The notes under the pieces are model-generated. The model was not told the DNA's origin. It made no database searches and worked only from the letters and a program-made list of their open reading frames with translations. 64,000 nt of DNA from Octopus vulgaris (taxonomy: Eukaryota), in NCBI GenBank assembly GCA_951406725.2, contig OX597819.1, positions 121,024,001-121,088,000 on the forward strand. The letters run 5' to 3'. Below, one piece after another: positions 42,024-55,919 of the stretch. Position 1 is the stretch's first letter. Each line of letters starts with the position of its first letter. Position numbers and translations under genes: made by a program.

Positions 42024-42339
42024 TTACCTTAGCACTTAGATAATCTGGATAATCTCGAATGCACAAATCTAAACACATAGAGAGTTGCGTGCACAAACTT
42101 TGATAGTAGTACAGACACATACACAAAGCTAATCTGAAATATCTTCGGATTCTTATAATGGCAATTACATTTATATAACATCTTTAATGAGTGACAAATA
42201 AATGGGTGTACAGAAGATATTACACTTATCATTGGTCAATATCGGCATTGAGATTCAAGGGAAAAAAAGGGATAAAGATGATTGGTTGTCTCAGTTTATG
42301 AGTTTCTTCGAGATCAGTGTTTTTATGGTTTAATCAGAG

Positions 42340-42520
42340 AAAAAGGTTCGGCACTCGGGTTCATTTACAGGAAAAGGGTGGAAAAGAGAAAAACAACAGA
42401 GCTCTCTAACTCTATCTGGAATCAGAAAGAATATATTACTGATTTCAAAATGAAGTGGAAAATCTTCTAAAGATGCAAGCTATATAGTTAATGTAAGAAA
42501 CGTTGTTGCGCATAAACAGA
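42340..42520 (+). pseudogene. PLE GIY-YIG C-terminal remnant
   Basis: TELSNSIWNQKEYITDFKMKWKIF matches the TELSKHIW-LK...I-WKI pattern of PLE endonucleases. Confidence 0.6.
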
Positions 42521-43777
42521 GTGGAACGGTGTAATGGAAGTATAAACCATGATGTACGAGTGCCTCAGAACTGTGATAAAATCCGAATGCTGGAAAAAAA
42601 ATGTTTAGTCAAAAAAGAAACTGTCTGTTTCAAGCTTAAACGATCGTCAGTCCTGAGTTTATTCTGGTTTCATGAGTTGCTATACAACACCAGTCCTTTA
42701 GAACTTTAAATCATAGCTCGTGTTATTGCTGTTGTTCGCGTTGATAGTGGTGTTGGAACTGGTGGGGATGAGGAGGATAGTGGAGATGGTGTGAGTGTAT
42801 ATTCTTTCACTTGCATCGACTGGGGCTCTAATGATACTTAAATATCAAGTGGTGCTTCCAAACCGGGGTCGACTGAAATTCAACAGCCCAAAGCATATCT
42901 CCACTGAGTTACCTGTCGCAGAAACCTAATAAACGAAGTAAAATTCTGGCTAATAAAATACTCTTGAATCATACTTTAGTGTTGCTGTCAACAGTAAAAC
43001 ATGCTTGTTCGTTGCAATTACAGCTTAAGTTGTTAATAATGAAAAGATTTAAGTGAGTTTGTAAGAGGGTCTAAATATATTCATAGATATTACTGCGTAC
43101 CTTAAACGACACATATATATTCAACACAATCAGTCGTAGGGTATAACTTTTTTAACCGACACTCGACTGTTGTTCAGACACATATGTACGATCTTTGAGA
43201 ATTCTGACGTGCCAACATCTGGTACGAATCATGATGTAATATAAATAGAAGGATCTCTAGATAAGAGTACTTTTGGTGAAGTATTTCATGATATTGAAAT
43301 AGATAAATCTTGCAAAGGCTGAAACAATACAAAAGTACAGTTGAAATTTTACGTTTTGTTTTTTTGTATTTCGGAGTTGGGCTCCATTTATCAGGATACG
43401 ATGAGACAAGCAGAATATGATAAAGTTAGTGTCATCGCTCAGACGAGAATAGTGACATGCGCAGACTAGTGTTGTATTAGGCAAAGAAATTAAAGGTAAG
43501 ACTTGATTGGTTGTTGTTCTTCGCTTTTGTAGTCCAAATTTTTTTTATTTCATTTCGCATTGTTTTATTCTTAACAAGTTGAGAAGCATCTTTGTGGACC
43601 ACCATATAAATTTTCTGATTTGTTTCTATATATATTAAGCGTAAAAATACGAACAAGTACGAAGAACTTCTTACCTTATTAAAGAATCAGACAATGAGCG
43701 AGCCCTGAGCCAGCGATGGACCTCGACTGCCCCCGCCTCCCCCAAAAATTTCAGGTCTGGTGCCTAGAGTAGAAAAG

Positions 43778-43861
<84 letters not shown>

Positions 43862-43864
<3 letters not shown>

Positions 43865-44072
43865 TAGTTTTATTTTTATAGCGTGCTTTCACTTCACTAC
43901 CGAGCGCAGCTCTGTGTGCCTTGGGTATGTGCTGTGATTTGTTGTGATGCTCTGATGGTTATTGTATGGAAAGTGTTCTGCGTAGGATGTGTGCAGTGCC
44001 TAGTAGTGCAATTTTCTGTATGTTATATGTGTTTGTAAGTCCTGGTGTTTTTGTTATGTATTTGTCTGAATA

Positions 44073-44073
<1 letters not shown>
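43862..44073 (-). mobile_element. R4/Dong-clade LINE 3' fragment within (TAA)n
   Basis: Minus-strand YITKTPGLTNTYNIQKIALLGTAHILRRTLSIQ*. (ATT)n on both sides. Confidence 0.85.
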
Positions 44074-44141
<68 letters not shown>

Positions 44142-45067
44142 GTTAGTCTAATAGACTAAATAGAACATAAGACACGTAGAATGGAAAGTCGCTGAAGAAG
44201 TCACAGGATAAGTGGCGAAAGATTTCAGACAAAAGGACACTGAATTAATAATAATAATAATAAACATGAAGTGAAGACTAAGTATACAGTGCGTGTGGTT
44301 AATTGGCAGAAAATATGACCGTCCCCAAATATAACAATATCTGTTTCAACATTGTTTCACATCGTAGATCTTGCAAGATAAATCCATAAACGTAAATAAA
44401 CTCCACTCGGGTTATATTTTATTTAGAAAGACAGAATTGTTTTGGTTGGAAAATTGTTGTTCAAAGGTCAGATTTGCTATCGTTAACTTAAGGTCAAACA
44501 ACAGTAAGAACAACAATAATGTCAATCGAGATGAAGGATGTCAGCTAAGTGTAAACGCATAGAAAGAAAACAAGCGAAGCTGTTGATAACACAATATTAA
44601 AAGATTAGAAAAATAATTTTGCAGATTTAAGACAAAAACTAAATAATCAGATTTAAGCATTGCATTTATCTGCACTCTGTTCATATAAATACATGGATAT
44701 CGGTCAGTATCGAAAATGAAAATTTTTATTTTACTAAGTGAGTTATCTGGTCATTGAATTAGCGTGCAAAGAGCTGAACCTTCGACATACAGACGCAGAT
44801 TTCACGTAATTCTCAGGTAGAAAGTTCATGATGCGGAGAATGGCAAAATTCGTACTTTTGAAATGCAGGTAAGCCTCCATTAGACCAGCTTCCATACCGT
44901 TGCTATCTACCCAATTTTACTCGAGGAAATTACAAAAATAATAAAATACTAGCATAAGAAGTCACACAAGGGTTTAGGTAACCAAAGAATGGGAAAAGAA
45001 TTTCATAACCATTCAGCCATGTCGCTGCAACGCTGCTCGATCTTGTTCTGCATTATAACGCTACAAT

Positions 45068-45635
45068 GTTTAGCGGTATTTCGTCTGCCGTTACGTTCTG
45101 AGTTCAAATTCCTCCGAGGTCGACTTCGCCTTTCATCCTTTCGGCGTCGATAAAATAAGTACCAGTTAAGCACTGGGGTCGATGTAATCGACTTAATCCG
45201 TTTGTCTGTCCTTGTTTGTCCTCTCTGTGTTTAGCCTCTTGTGGGTAGTAAAGAAATAGGTATTTCGTCTGCCTCTACGTTCTGTGTTCAAATTCCGCCG
45301 AGGTCGACTTCGCCTTTCATCCTTTCGGCGTCGATAAAATAAGTACCAGTTAAGCACTGGGGTCGATGTAATCGACTTAATCCGTTTGTCTGTCCTTGTT
45401 TGTCCATGTGGTTTGTCCATGTGGCGGGGGTGTATTTGTGTATATACATGGGTCTGCGTTTTCTTTTGTTCTGCTACCACTTGACAACCGGTGTTGGTCT
45501 GTTTAAGACCCTTTAACAGTTCTACAAAACAATCGGACAGGATAAGTACCATATTATAAAAAAATAAGCACTGGAATCGATTTGTTTCAATAAGTCAGTG
45601 AAAGTAATACCCCAGCATGGCCGCAGTTTGAAAGA
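45068..45635 (+). mobile_element. SINE A dimer (headless) followed by SINE B 3' part
   Basis: Two near-identical A bodies, then cttgacaaccggtg...cccagcatggccgcagt. Confidence 0.8.
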
Positions 45636-45939
45636 AATAAAAATTAAAGTATTAAACATTACTAATATTTTCCGTACTTCGGTGCTTCAATCAACTGAAG
45701 CACATTTAATCATTGTTTATTTATTTGTTTATTTTTACCTTATCTAATTAACGTTCAGGTAAATATTAGCAGATATGCTTAGGATCAATGGAGCGTGTTT
45801 CTCTAACAGTTTTGCCATAATAGGTTTGCTATCAGGTGATTAAGGAGCGGTTTTAAATATTTTATTCCGGATAATCAAAGTTCTCCTGTATTAATTGCAG
45901 CAACTGCAAAACCATTGTTCATTAAGTGCATTAGTAAAT

Positions 45940-46705
45940 GCGGTGGCTTGGCAGATTCGTTAAGCATCATTTGCGGCCCTTTACGTTCTGAGTTAAAGTG
46001 CCGACGAGCTACAGCCCTGAGCTCTGAATTACATCTTTTCTTGGTAGATTAAACACGTGCGAGTTGAACACTGGAATCAATGAAATCAATGAAGTTCCTG
46101 CCTTCAAAGTTGCTGGCCTTGCACCTAAATTAGGAACCGTTGTGAATATTAATTTCGAAGTTTGGCACATGGCCAGTAAAATCGGCGGAGGAAATGCATC
46201 GATTACAACGACCCAAGTATTCAAATGGTATTTATTTTATCGAAGCCGAACGGATGAAAAGCAAAGCCAACTCCGGGGACATTAAAATTCAGAACATAAA
46301 TTCGGATGAAATGTCTCGAGGCTTTTTCTCTCGGTGCAGTAACGATTCTGCCAGTTCTCCTCGTTAACCTTTATTAATTCTTTATACTGGAAGCACAAGG
46401 CCTCAGATTTGGGGGAAGGGATTATGTCGATTACATTGACCCCAGTCCGTAGTAGGTACTTATCTAATTGACCCCGAAGGGGTGAAAGGGAACGCCGACC
46501 CACGTTGCATTAAAATTCAGCACGTAAACCGGTGAACTGGCAGAATCGTTAGCAAGCCAGGCGAAATGCATAACGGTATTTCGTCTGCTGTTACCTTCTG
46601 AGTTCAAATTTCACCGAGGTCGACTTTGCCTTTCATCCTTTCGGGGTCGATAAATAAATTACCAGTTTTGCACTGGGGTCGATCTAATTGGCTATCCCCT
46701 TCACC
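45940..46705. mobile_element. Cluster of SINE A copies in both orientations
   Basis: Degenerate family A motifs. Confidence 0.7.
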
Positions 46706-46717
46706 AAAGTGTCATAA

Positions 46718-47014
46718 GTGAAGGCACATGGCCTAGTGGTTAGAGCAGAGAACTCGTGGTCGAGGGGTCGCGAGTTCGAATTTCAGACCGGGCTATGTGT
46801 GTGTTTATGAGCGAAGCACCCAAGCTCCACCCAGCTCCGGCAGAAGGTAATGGCGAACAGCATCTGACTCTTTTGGCACAATTTTCTCTTAGTCTTTTTT
46901 CCTGCATCTAGTAGCTCACCTGCGATGGACCGGCATCCCGTCCAGGTGGGGAACCTATGCCAATGTTACCAGTCCTTATGAGCCAGGAATGGCTGGAGAA
47001 GGAGAAAACAACAG
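46718..47014 (+). mobile_element. SINE family D with 13-bp TSD
   Basis: Homologous to 32746-33053. TSD caaagtgtcataa at 46705-46717 and 47015-47027. Confidence 0.9.
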
Positions 47015-47207
47015 CAAAGTGTCATAAACGGAGCGATATTTTTTCTTTTTTCCTCAGACCAGATTATTCTGTACGGATAACTATGTAAAACTGAATCGCA
47101 TAATCTGTAAGCGGAGTTAAAACCGAGCGCCCCCTTTAAGCCAAGCACTGAACATGAGTCTAAAAACAGAACTGGGGCGCAATTTTATGAGTTCACAGAT
47201 GTTTCTT

Positions 47208-47531
47208 GCAGTGATTCAAAAATCTTGGTATATCACTGGTACTTGTGTTAACGATTGACATCCTTTTAATGGACGAAAGTTGGTCATCTCTGTACAACAA
47301 GATTGAACTAGCGAGGAAATATTTAATAACGTAATACATAACACGTTTCTAGTCTAGAGCTCGAAATTCTGGCAGTGATTCAAAAACCCTGGTGTATTAC
47401 TGGTACTTGTGTTAACGATTGAGATCCTGTTAATGGACGAAAGTTGGTCATCTCTGTACAACAAGATTGAACTAGCGAGGAAATATTTAATAACGTAATA
47501 CATAACACGTTTCTAGTCTGGGGCTCGAAAT
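47208..47531. repeat. Tandem duplication, 164-bp unit x2
   Basis: gcagtgattcaaaaa starts at 47208 and 47372. Confidence 0.92.
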
Positions 47532-48242
47532 AAAATAACATACATCAGTACCAGCAGCAGCAGCAGTAGTAGTAGCAGTAGTAGTTGTAGTAGTAGCAGA
47601 AGTAGTAAATTACAATAAAAGATAAATATTTTTCTTGATATATATTTTTGCTGTATTGTGAAATCTCAAGCCGTGTTTATGTTTGTGCCAATTACAGACG
47701 ATAGTTTTACTTTAAAGAAATTTTCTTCTTATCTCTGTATAATCAGTCTAAGTAGACAACAAAGTTTCTTTTACCGTTAGCCAAGAGGTTCGAATCGTTC
47801 ATGAGAGATTTCGCTTTAAAATCAGGAATAAATTTTCCTTATCTTAAAATTATTCCATCGATTTACTTTTGCTTTTTGTCTTGTTTTGTTTATCTACAAA
47901 ACCTAATACATACACACGTACACATACATACATACACACACAAACACACACACACCATCTTGTCTTCTGTACCTCAACAACGCCGCCACCATTTTCGTAC
48001 GACTAAAAGTCATCACGAAATAGTACAAAACTATTTTTATTTTTATCACTCCTACCTATATCTTTGTGTGTGTGTGTGTGTGTGTTTGTGCGTACATAAT
48101 TAAGTGTATGCGTATGTAAAGCAGTGTGTGTATTTTATATGTTTGTGTGTGTATAATAAGTCATATTTAATCACAAATATACATATTCGACGAGTATATA
48201 TAGACACATTTGCATACATAATGTGGACAAATGATACAAATG

Positions 48243-48275
<33 letters not shown>

Positions 48276-48340
48276 TATATGTGTGTGCGTATAGATACAT
48301 ACATATAAATATATATTCACATGTATACATATGTATGTAC

Positions 48341-48406
<66 letters not shown>

Positions 48407-48507
48407 ATATGCATGTGAGTGTGTGTGTATGATGTGCGTATGTGTGCACGTGTGTATACGCATAAACCTGTGGAGTGTATATTTGTTTGTGGGTTTGCAT
48501 GTATATT

Positions 48508-48544
<37 letters not shown>

Positions 48545-48612
48545 CACATATATGTATATGCATGTATGTATGTATATATCTATACTTATATATATTTACT
48601 CATTTGTATGTG

Positions 48613-48645
<33 letters not shown>

Positions 48646-48914
48646 ATGCGTGCACGTGGGTATATATGTAGATTCTCTATAAATATGTATATATGTATAT
48701 ATCGACGATATTTAGTGTACGAGAGTGTGTATCGTTTTAATGTTGCTATGTGTGTGCCGAGAGCATATGCAGATAAGTTTAGTTTATACAGACACACTGA
48801 GTGAACATGCAAACCCACAAAAATATACACTCCTCAAGACTATGCGTATACATACTTGCACACATGCACACGCACACACACACATGTACACCTGTGCACA
48901 CACCACACACACAT

Positions 48915-49090
48915 AATTTTCTTTACTGCCCACAAGGGGCTACACAAAGAGGGGACAAACAAGGACAGACGAACGGATTAAGTCGATTATATCGACCCCA
49001 GTGCGTAACTGGTACTTATTCAATCGACCCCGAAAGGATGAAAGGCAAAGTCGACCTCGGCGGAAATTGCACTCAGAACGTTGCGGCAGA
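48915..49090 (-). mobile_element. SINE family A partial
   Basis: Family A body. Confidence 0.85.
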
Positions 49091-49224
49091 CACATATACA
49101 CTCGGACGCACGTACGCGTATGAACATACAGCCATACATACATACATACATACATACATACATACATACATACATACATACATACATACATGCATACATA
49201 CATGCATACATACATATATGTATG

Positions 49225-49395
49225 TTTCTCTTATTCTTTAGTTCTTTTATTTGTTTCAGTCCTTTGACTGCGGCCATGCTGGAGCTCCGCCTTTACTCGA
49301 GCAAATCGCCCCCAGGACTTATTTTTTGTAAGTCAAGTATGTGTTCTATACATACATACATACATACATAATTACATACATACATACATACATAT

Positions 49396-49472
<77 letters not shown>

Positions 49473-49517
49473 CCACAGGCTTCTTTCAGTTTCTTTCTAC
49501 CAAATCCACTCACAAGG
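49225..49517 (-). mobile_element. SINE family B partial
   Basis: tgtttcagtcctttgactgcggccatgctggagc. Confidence 0.75.
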
Positions 49518-49519
49518 CA

Positions 49520-49672
49520 TTCCTTGAAGAAATGTGTTGTCGAGCATTGTCAGGAAGAATGATTGGTCCTCTTCTGTTGACCAGTCTGGGACGGAGGAGT
49601 AGAAGTTTTTCGTTGATTTTGCCAATTTCATGGCAATATGTTTCTGCATTAGTGGTTTTTCCAGGATTTAAG
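49520..49672 (-). mobile_element. Mariner transposase fragment
   Basis: [23 protein letters not shown]...[17 protein letters not shown], the HDNARPH region. Confidence 0.8.
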
Positions 49673-50092
49673 ATGTTATATATATATGTGTATATATATA
49701 TGATCGATTAGACAATAAGATGCTTTTAGAGGACGCCAGCCAAAATTCCCTCATGAACGAAAGAAGGACTGGGCTAACATGAAATGAAGTGTTTTGCTCA
49801 AGGCGCCCGCGGAATGGGAACTCTCGATCGTGAATGTAACAGCCAAACTACACGGCCATGCCTCTATATATGTATGTATGTATATATATTCAAATATATA
49901 TGTATGTAGGTATGTAGATGTGTATATTTGTCAATATATATATATATACATATGCATATATATTTTTATATATATATTCATACATATACATATGTACATA
50001 CATAAATATATGCATGTATATACATGTATCTATATATATGCATATATATATATGTACGTATCTATATGCATGAATATATATATATATATATT

Positions 50093-50145
<53 letters not shown>

Positions 50146-50213
50146 ATACATATACACACGTACATTCGTATATATATATGTGTGTCTGTGTGCATATATA
50201 TCTATATATATAC

Positions 50214-50265
<52 letters not shown>

Positions 50266-50292
50266 ATGTTCATATATGTATGTGTATATATG

Positions 50293-50323
<31 letters not shown>

Positions 50324-50356
50324 GGAATATATATATATACATATATATATATATGA

Positions 50357-50625
<269 letters not shown>

Positions 50626-50679
50626 ACGAGAACGGCTGATGCAAAGCTTTGTCAATGGTTTGTACTCGCTGGCCACACA

Positions 50680-51972
50680 TTGAGTCTTCCCATAAATATT
50701 GAGTTTTTTTTATTTTTCAATTTCATTAACTAAAATCGGAGTGGGGCTGGATAAACTACCTGCATCAACTTGCTATAAAAGCAGGTAGCCATTTCATCTT
50801 ATCCTTATTCTTAGTTTTGAAGAGTGCATTTCAATTTTAACAGTTACATTTCAAAGCTGTAATGGAAGTGACTAAGGAAGATATTTGGCATACTTTGCTT
50901 TGTGAATTCAATAAAGGCAACGACGCAACGGAAAGTGCGAGGAATATTTGTGCAGTATATGGGGATCGGAGGACAATAAGCGTAAGCTAGTGTAAACGGT
51001 GGTTCCAAAATTTCTGAGCCAGAAGCTACAGCCTAGAAGACGAGCCTCGTCCAGGAAGATCTGTAGAGCTCGACGAGAACGTCCTGCAAACCCTGGTGGA
51101 ACAAAATCCCATCATAACTGTTGAGGAAATAGCAAAATGCTCGGATTTTGTCATTCGACCATTTATCGACGCTTCCGTACCATCGGAAAAGTTAGCAAAT
51201 TGGGTCAATGAGTTCCTCTCAAACTTTCCTTGTCTAATCGCACGCAGAGAGTGAATGTGCGCTCTTCTTTGCTGCCATCTCTTCCGAATGAACCTTTTTT
51301 TGGAGCGAATAGTGCCTGGTGATGAGAAATGGGTTCTTTATAAAACTGTCAAGCGCCGAAGACAGTGGTAGGGAAAGGAGAAACGCCGGCACCCCAGGCT
51401 AAAGAAGGTCATCACTCACAAAGGTGTTGTTATCTGTTTGGTGGAATATGAATGGTTTAGTCCACTTTGAACTTTTTAGCCCAGATTATACGATAACAAA
51501 GGAGATCTACTGCGAGAAGTTTGAGCTGCTTAAGTCAGCGCTAGGGATAAAACGACCATCTTTGGTTCCAAGACGAAAGCTATTCTTCCATCAGAATAAT
51601 ACACGGCCACATACAGCGGGGAAGACATTCTAAAGGCTGGAGCAGTCGGGAAACGATGGGAAATGATGCCCTACCTACCAATTTCGCCGGACATTGCCCC
51701 ATCTTATTATCATTTATTCCTCAGATTTTAAAATCATTTGGACGGAAAAAATATGAATTCTGTAGATGAGGTCGGAACAGTACTGAAGGAGTACTTTTCG
51801 TCACAGACAAATGAATTTTGAAAGAGAGGCCTTGCAAGTCTACTAGATAGACAGAAGAGCATTGTAGAAAATGAAGGAGAGTATATTTTAGATTTTAAAA
51901 AATATTTTGTTTATCTTAAATTTGAAAAATAATGAAGAATAAAAATACTGCATTATTTATGGGACGACCCAA
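50680..51972 (+). mobile_element. Full-length decayed mariner element (~1.29 kb)
   Basis: TIRs ttgagtcttcccataaata and tatttatgggacgacccaa. TA on the right, CA on the left. Confidence 0.92.
50862..51895 (+). pseudogene. Mariner DD34D-type transposase pseudogene
   Basis: MEVTKEDIWHTLLCEF..., SLEDEPRPGR, GDEKWV, LLSVWW, FHQNNTRPH, SPDIAPSYYHLF, EGEYI. Several stops and frameshifts. Confidence 0.92.
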
Positions 51973-52515
51973 TATTTAGACGAAATATATCTTCTCCGCT
52001 ATATCGGAAACATTGGATTAGACATTCACTGATAGTGCGGATAGCCGTAGGGCTGAATAAAAACTAGGTGTACGCAATCGAAACAGCATTAAATTAGAAT
52101 CATTTTGCCTCAGTATGCATGTGTGTCAGTGTGTGCGTGTGTGTGTGCGAGGATGTGTGAATGTATTTTTATGTATGTGTGTGATAAATCATGGTTGCAC
52201 GTCAACTAAAAACTGCTGGGAATATATATATATTCATATTTATTCCGGTCTGGCAGATTTGAACGTGAATAAGTTAATCATATGTGAAGAATTTCAAACT
52301 CTTAATACATCATGTCCTTTCAGATGATGTGTATTGACACCGAACTCAATCATATAGATGAGGTGACGATGAGACACCTGTGTTTCGAACTAATTCTTTC
52401 TCTTTACTCAATGTTACCTATGGATCAATTGCACTAAATATAAAATCTTCTAATTTATGGAATGCCGCTAAAATCTTTTCCTCGTGCATGCTGTAAAAAC
52501 TATATATATATATAT

Positions 52516-52785
52516 ATATAAGAAAATAGTAAAGTGTGAAAAAACGACAGAAGGCTTAAATGTTAAAAAATATATATATTTGTGTCAAAATGTCTGGAGA
52601 ATATTTGAAAATTTTTTTTTCCTTTCCTTAAAATGACATAATTTTTAAATTTTTAAAATTATGTCATTTTAAGGAAAGGAAAAAATTTTTTTCCAATATT
52701 CTCCAGACATTTTGACACAAATATATATATTTTTTAACATTTAAGCCTTCTGTCGTTTTTTCACACTTTACTATTTTCTTATATA
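52516..52785. repeat. Near-perfect ~270-bp palindrome next to (TA)n
   Basis: aagaaaatagtaaagtgtgaaaaaacgacagaagg...ttaaaatgacataatttt is mirrored about ~52649. Confidence 0.95.
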
Positions 52786-52945
52786 TTCACCCACGTGCTT
52801 TACCAAACAAACTTTCTTATCTATATATATATATATATATATACATATGTAAATAAATAAAAAAATGCACATATATATGGATATATATACAGATACATGC
52901 ATACATACATACACACATACATACATACATACATACATACATACA

Positions 52946-52976
<31 letters not shown>

Positions 52977-53245
52977 GTACATGCATACATATATAGAAAA
53001 TAGTCAAATATTGGGCCATATAATACCAGGACAGAAAGAAAAATATTTTACCAATCACTTTTGCAATTCCGTGTGTGGAACCGATTCGCAAAATCTTTTG
53101 AGCTGGATCTCTAGTAATGTATGCGACACACACACATATCTACCTATCTATCTGACTATCTGTCTGTCTGTCTGTCTCTCCCTCTCTCTATGTCTACATA
53201 TTTATATATATATATACAAAGAGAGAGAGCGAGAGAGAGAGAGCG

Positions 53246-53490
53246 CGGGGTGTTCAAAAAGTCTCTCTGCAGTAAGTATTTTATTGCAAAATAGATATAA
53301 GATGGTATAAGACTACAAAAGAATATACTAGACTTTACAAGACATTAAAACACATTATAAGAGGTGAAGAAAGTGTCGTCCTTCATTTTCAATTCATAAA
53401 TTGATTCTTCTACGCGTGTTTTGATATACATCTTGGAGTGTCTGACGCGGTATGGACCTTCTCACTGCGGAGAGATTTTTGAATAGCCTG
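53246..53490. mobile_element. Tc1/mariner-type MITE
   Basis: TIRs cggggtgttcaaaaagtctctctgcagt and actgcggagagatttttgaatagcctg. Confidence 0.75.
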
Positions 53491-53529
53491 TGCATATATT
53501 TACACACACACACGCACACACACACACAC

Positions 53530-53618
<89 letters not shown>

Positions 53619-54028
53619 CATACATACATACTTACGCACGTACATAAACACATCACGTACTTACATGCACAAAATTATACTATGATCTTTTTACGCAAAT
53701 TATGCACAGAAACAAACGGAATACTGTACACAGTCAGACACCAATCGCATACATCAGTTATATAAGTTTATTCACACACTAATACAAGTGGAAGGTATAT
53801 AGATTCTCCTAAACATACATGTATAAGAAGGTATACCAAAATGCAATCATAATGTAACACACATGGAATACGTAACACACATATACCCACTCACCTTTTT
53901 TGTGCACATAAAGAGATGCACTTACTTGTACATACACAATTATGCTGGTGCATGCAAAAACTCTCTCACACCTGTTCATACGGAGATGAACACACAGTAA
54001 ATTATATACGTAGATAAATGCGTATATG

Positions 54029-54520
54029 CTGAAGGCGAGCCTAGAGAAGGCAACTCGCACCAATCTATTCAACAGCACGGTCTTGCCTGCAATGCTATCT
54101 GCATGTGAGACTTGGACCTTGACGAAGAGAGAGAGCAAAATCTGCTTACGGCGCAGAGAGCCATGGAAAAGTCGATGCTGGGAATCTCACTAAGAGATTA
54201 CATCCGGACGGAGGAGATCAGGTATAGAACTGGAGGTAAGGAGGGTCGTCGTTGAATATCACCACGCAAAGCTACCATGGGTTGGCCATGTTGCAAAGTT
54301 CACAGATAATTCGTGGACCCGTGCAGTTGTCAAGAAGTACCCGGGCGAGAGGAAGAGACCACTCGGAAGAACTCCAATCAGGTGGGAAGATGATTTTAGA
54401 GAAATGTTTGGAACAATGTGGAGGAGAGTGGCAAGTGCACGAGGGGAATGGACCGAATGGTGTGGCCAGTGGAGACGATTGAGTGTCAGACTACTCAGTA
54501 CCAGGCAGGTGATGCAGGTG
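54029..54520 (+). mobile_element. RTE-clade LINE 3' fragment
   Basis: NLFNSTVLPAMLSACETWTL..QRAMEKSMLGISLRD..WVGHVAK..WTRAV..RWED. Short repeated tail caggtgatgcaggtga. Confidence 0.85.
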
Positions 54521-54802
54521 AAATAGATATATATCTATATATCCAAAAAAATGGACCAAGAACGCAACAGACGAGAATAAAGCATCCGGACAGATAGACG
54601 ATACAAAAACGGACAGGCAAAAACAAGGAGCGGTCATTCGCAGCTTTTTCATCATCCAGATCATCCTTACAGTTTTGGCCGGTTACACTCGAGACTGTTC
54701 AGATCTGGCTAACCCCCAAAATCTAAGCTAAGGCCATTAAATTTTGGGGGAGAAAGCAGGCGAATTTGTACGACAACAAAGACAAAATAACCCCAGAGAA
54801 AT

Positions 54803-54984
54803 GCGAGGTCTTCATCAACAGGTAAGCCTAGATTAAACATATAAGTACGAGGCAAATCCAGATAAAAAAAACTGCGCTTGCGCGGTAGATTTGAAAAATT
54901 ATAATGTATAAGCAAGAGGCACATGCTGCATTTGCCTTGTACTTATATATTTAATATCGTCATACCTGTTGATGAAGACGTCGC
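54803..54984. repeat. Palindromic element with HHR-core-like ttgatga
   Basis: gcgaggtcttcatcaacaggta pairs with tacctgttgatgaagacgtcgc, and ttaaacatataagtacgaggcaaat pairs with atttgccttgtacttatatatttaa. Confidence 0.8.
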
Positions 54985-55210
54985 CTAGCAAATTATTTTA
55001 ATTGCTAAAAAAGTCAGAAACCATGGTCCAGAAAATAGATGGTAAATGTTTTTATTTTTCATTCCCTTCGAGTTTTTATCCCTAATAGTGGTTTGGACTT
55101 TGGCTGTTCCTTCTAGCGTGAAATGAATCCTATGACGGATACCTCTTATGTGTTTAAATGTACACTGTATTTATATATATATATATACAGAGAGAGAGAT
55201 AGGGGGGGAG

Positions 55211-55245
<35 letters not shown>

Positions 55246-55279
55246 CAGACAGACATATATACAAACATAAATACATACA

Positions 55280-55445
55280 TATATACGCACATTCATACGA
55301 CGGGTTGCATTCAGATTTCGTCGAACAATTCCACTCACAAGGACCTGGTCGGCCCAAGGCTACTTGCTCAAGGTGACACGCGGTGAATGTGAACCCGGAA
55401 CCATGACTTTGGGAAGCAAACTTCCTACCACACAGCCACACCTAC
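55280..55445 (-). mobile_element. SINE family B head
   Basis: gaacccggaaccatg...ctaccacacagccacacct. Confidence 0.75.
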
Positions 55446-55480
55446 GTACATACATGTGTGTTGTATGTATATATGTAACT

Positions 55481-55739
55481 GTATTAACAAAATAGATGGA
55501 ATGAGGAGTAAAAAGATTTTATTGGGTACAACACGTTTCGACCCGTTCTGGACCTCTTCGGGTACATCAATAAAAAGTCTCACTAGAGATTTTCTGAGTC
55601 GGCTTACGTACCGCTATATGTCCATCCAATTCGAGAATTTGAGACTTTTCATTGACGTACCTGAAGAGACCCAGTATGGGTCGAAACACGTGCCGCACAC
55701 AATAAAATCTCTCAGTCATTCCATTTTTTTTATTAATAC
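55481..55739. mobile_element. Family G palindromic element with two HHR motifs (55526-55565 minus; 55657-55698 plus)
   Basis: Minus: GUAC-CCGAAGA-stem II-GAAAC gu GUU-GUAC. Plus: GUAC-CUGAAGA-GACCCA gua UGGGUC-GAAAC. Confidence 0.8.
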
Positions 55740-55853
55740 TGTTACCCCAACCGCCACTACGAAGTTCTGCAATTAACCAATGTATAACAACAGGTAATCG
55801 AAATTGTGACGGTGCTTTACTCATCATCTCTTTATACATTTTGTATAATTTCT

Positions 55854-55916
<63 letters not shown>

Positions 55917-55919
<3 letters not shown>

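Noticed and set aside
47415-47455. HHR-like tcc..ggacgaaa..gtc in the 164-bp tandem repeat
   Set aside because: No CUGANGA-like box or stem III; better explained as degenerate SINE A sequence.
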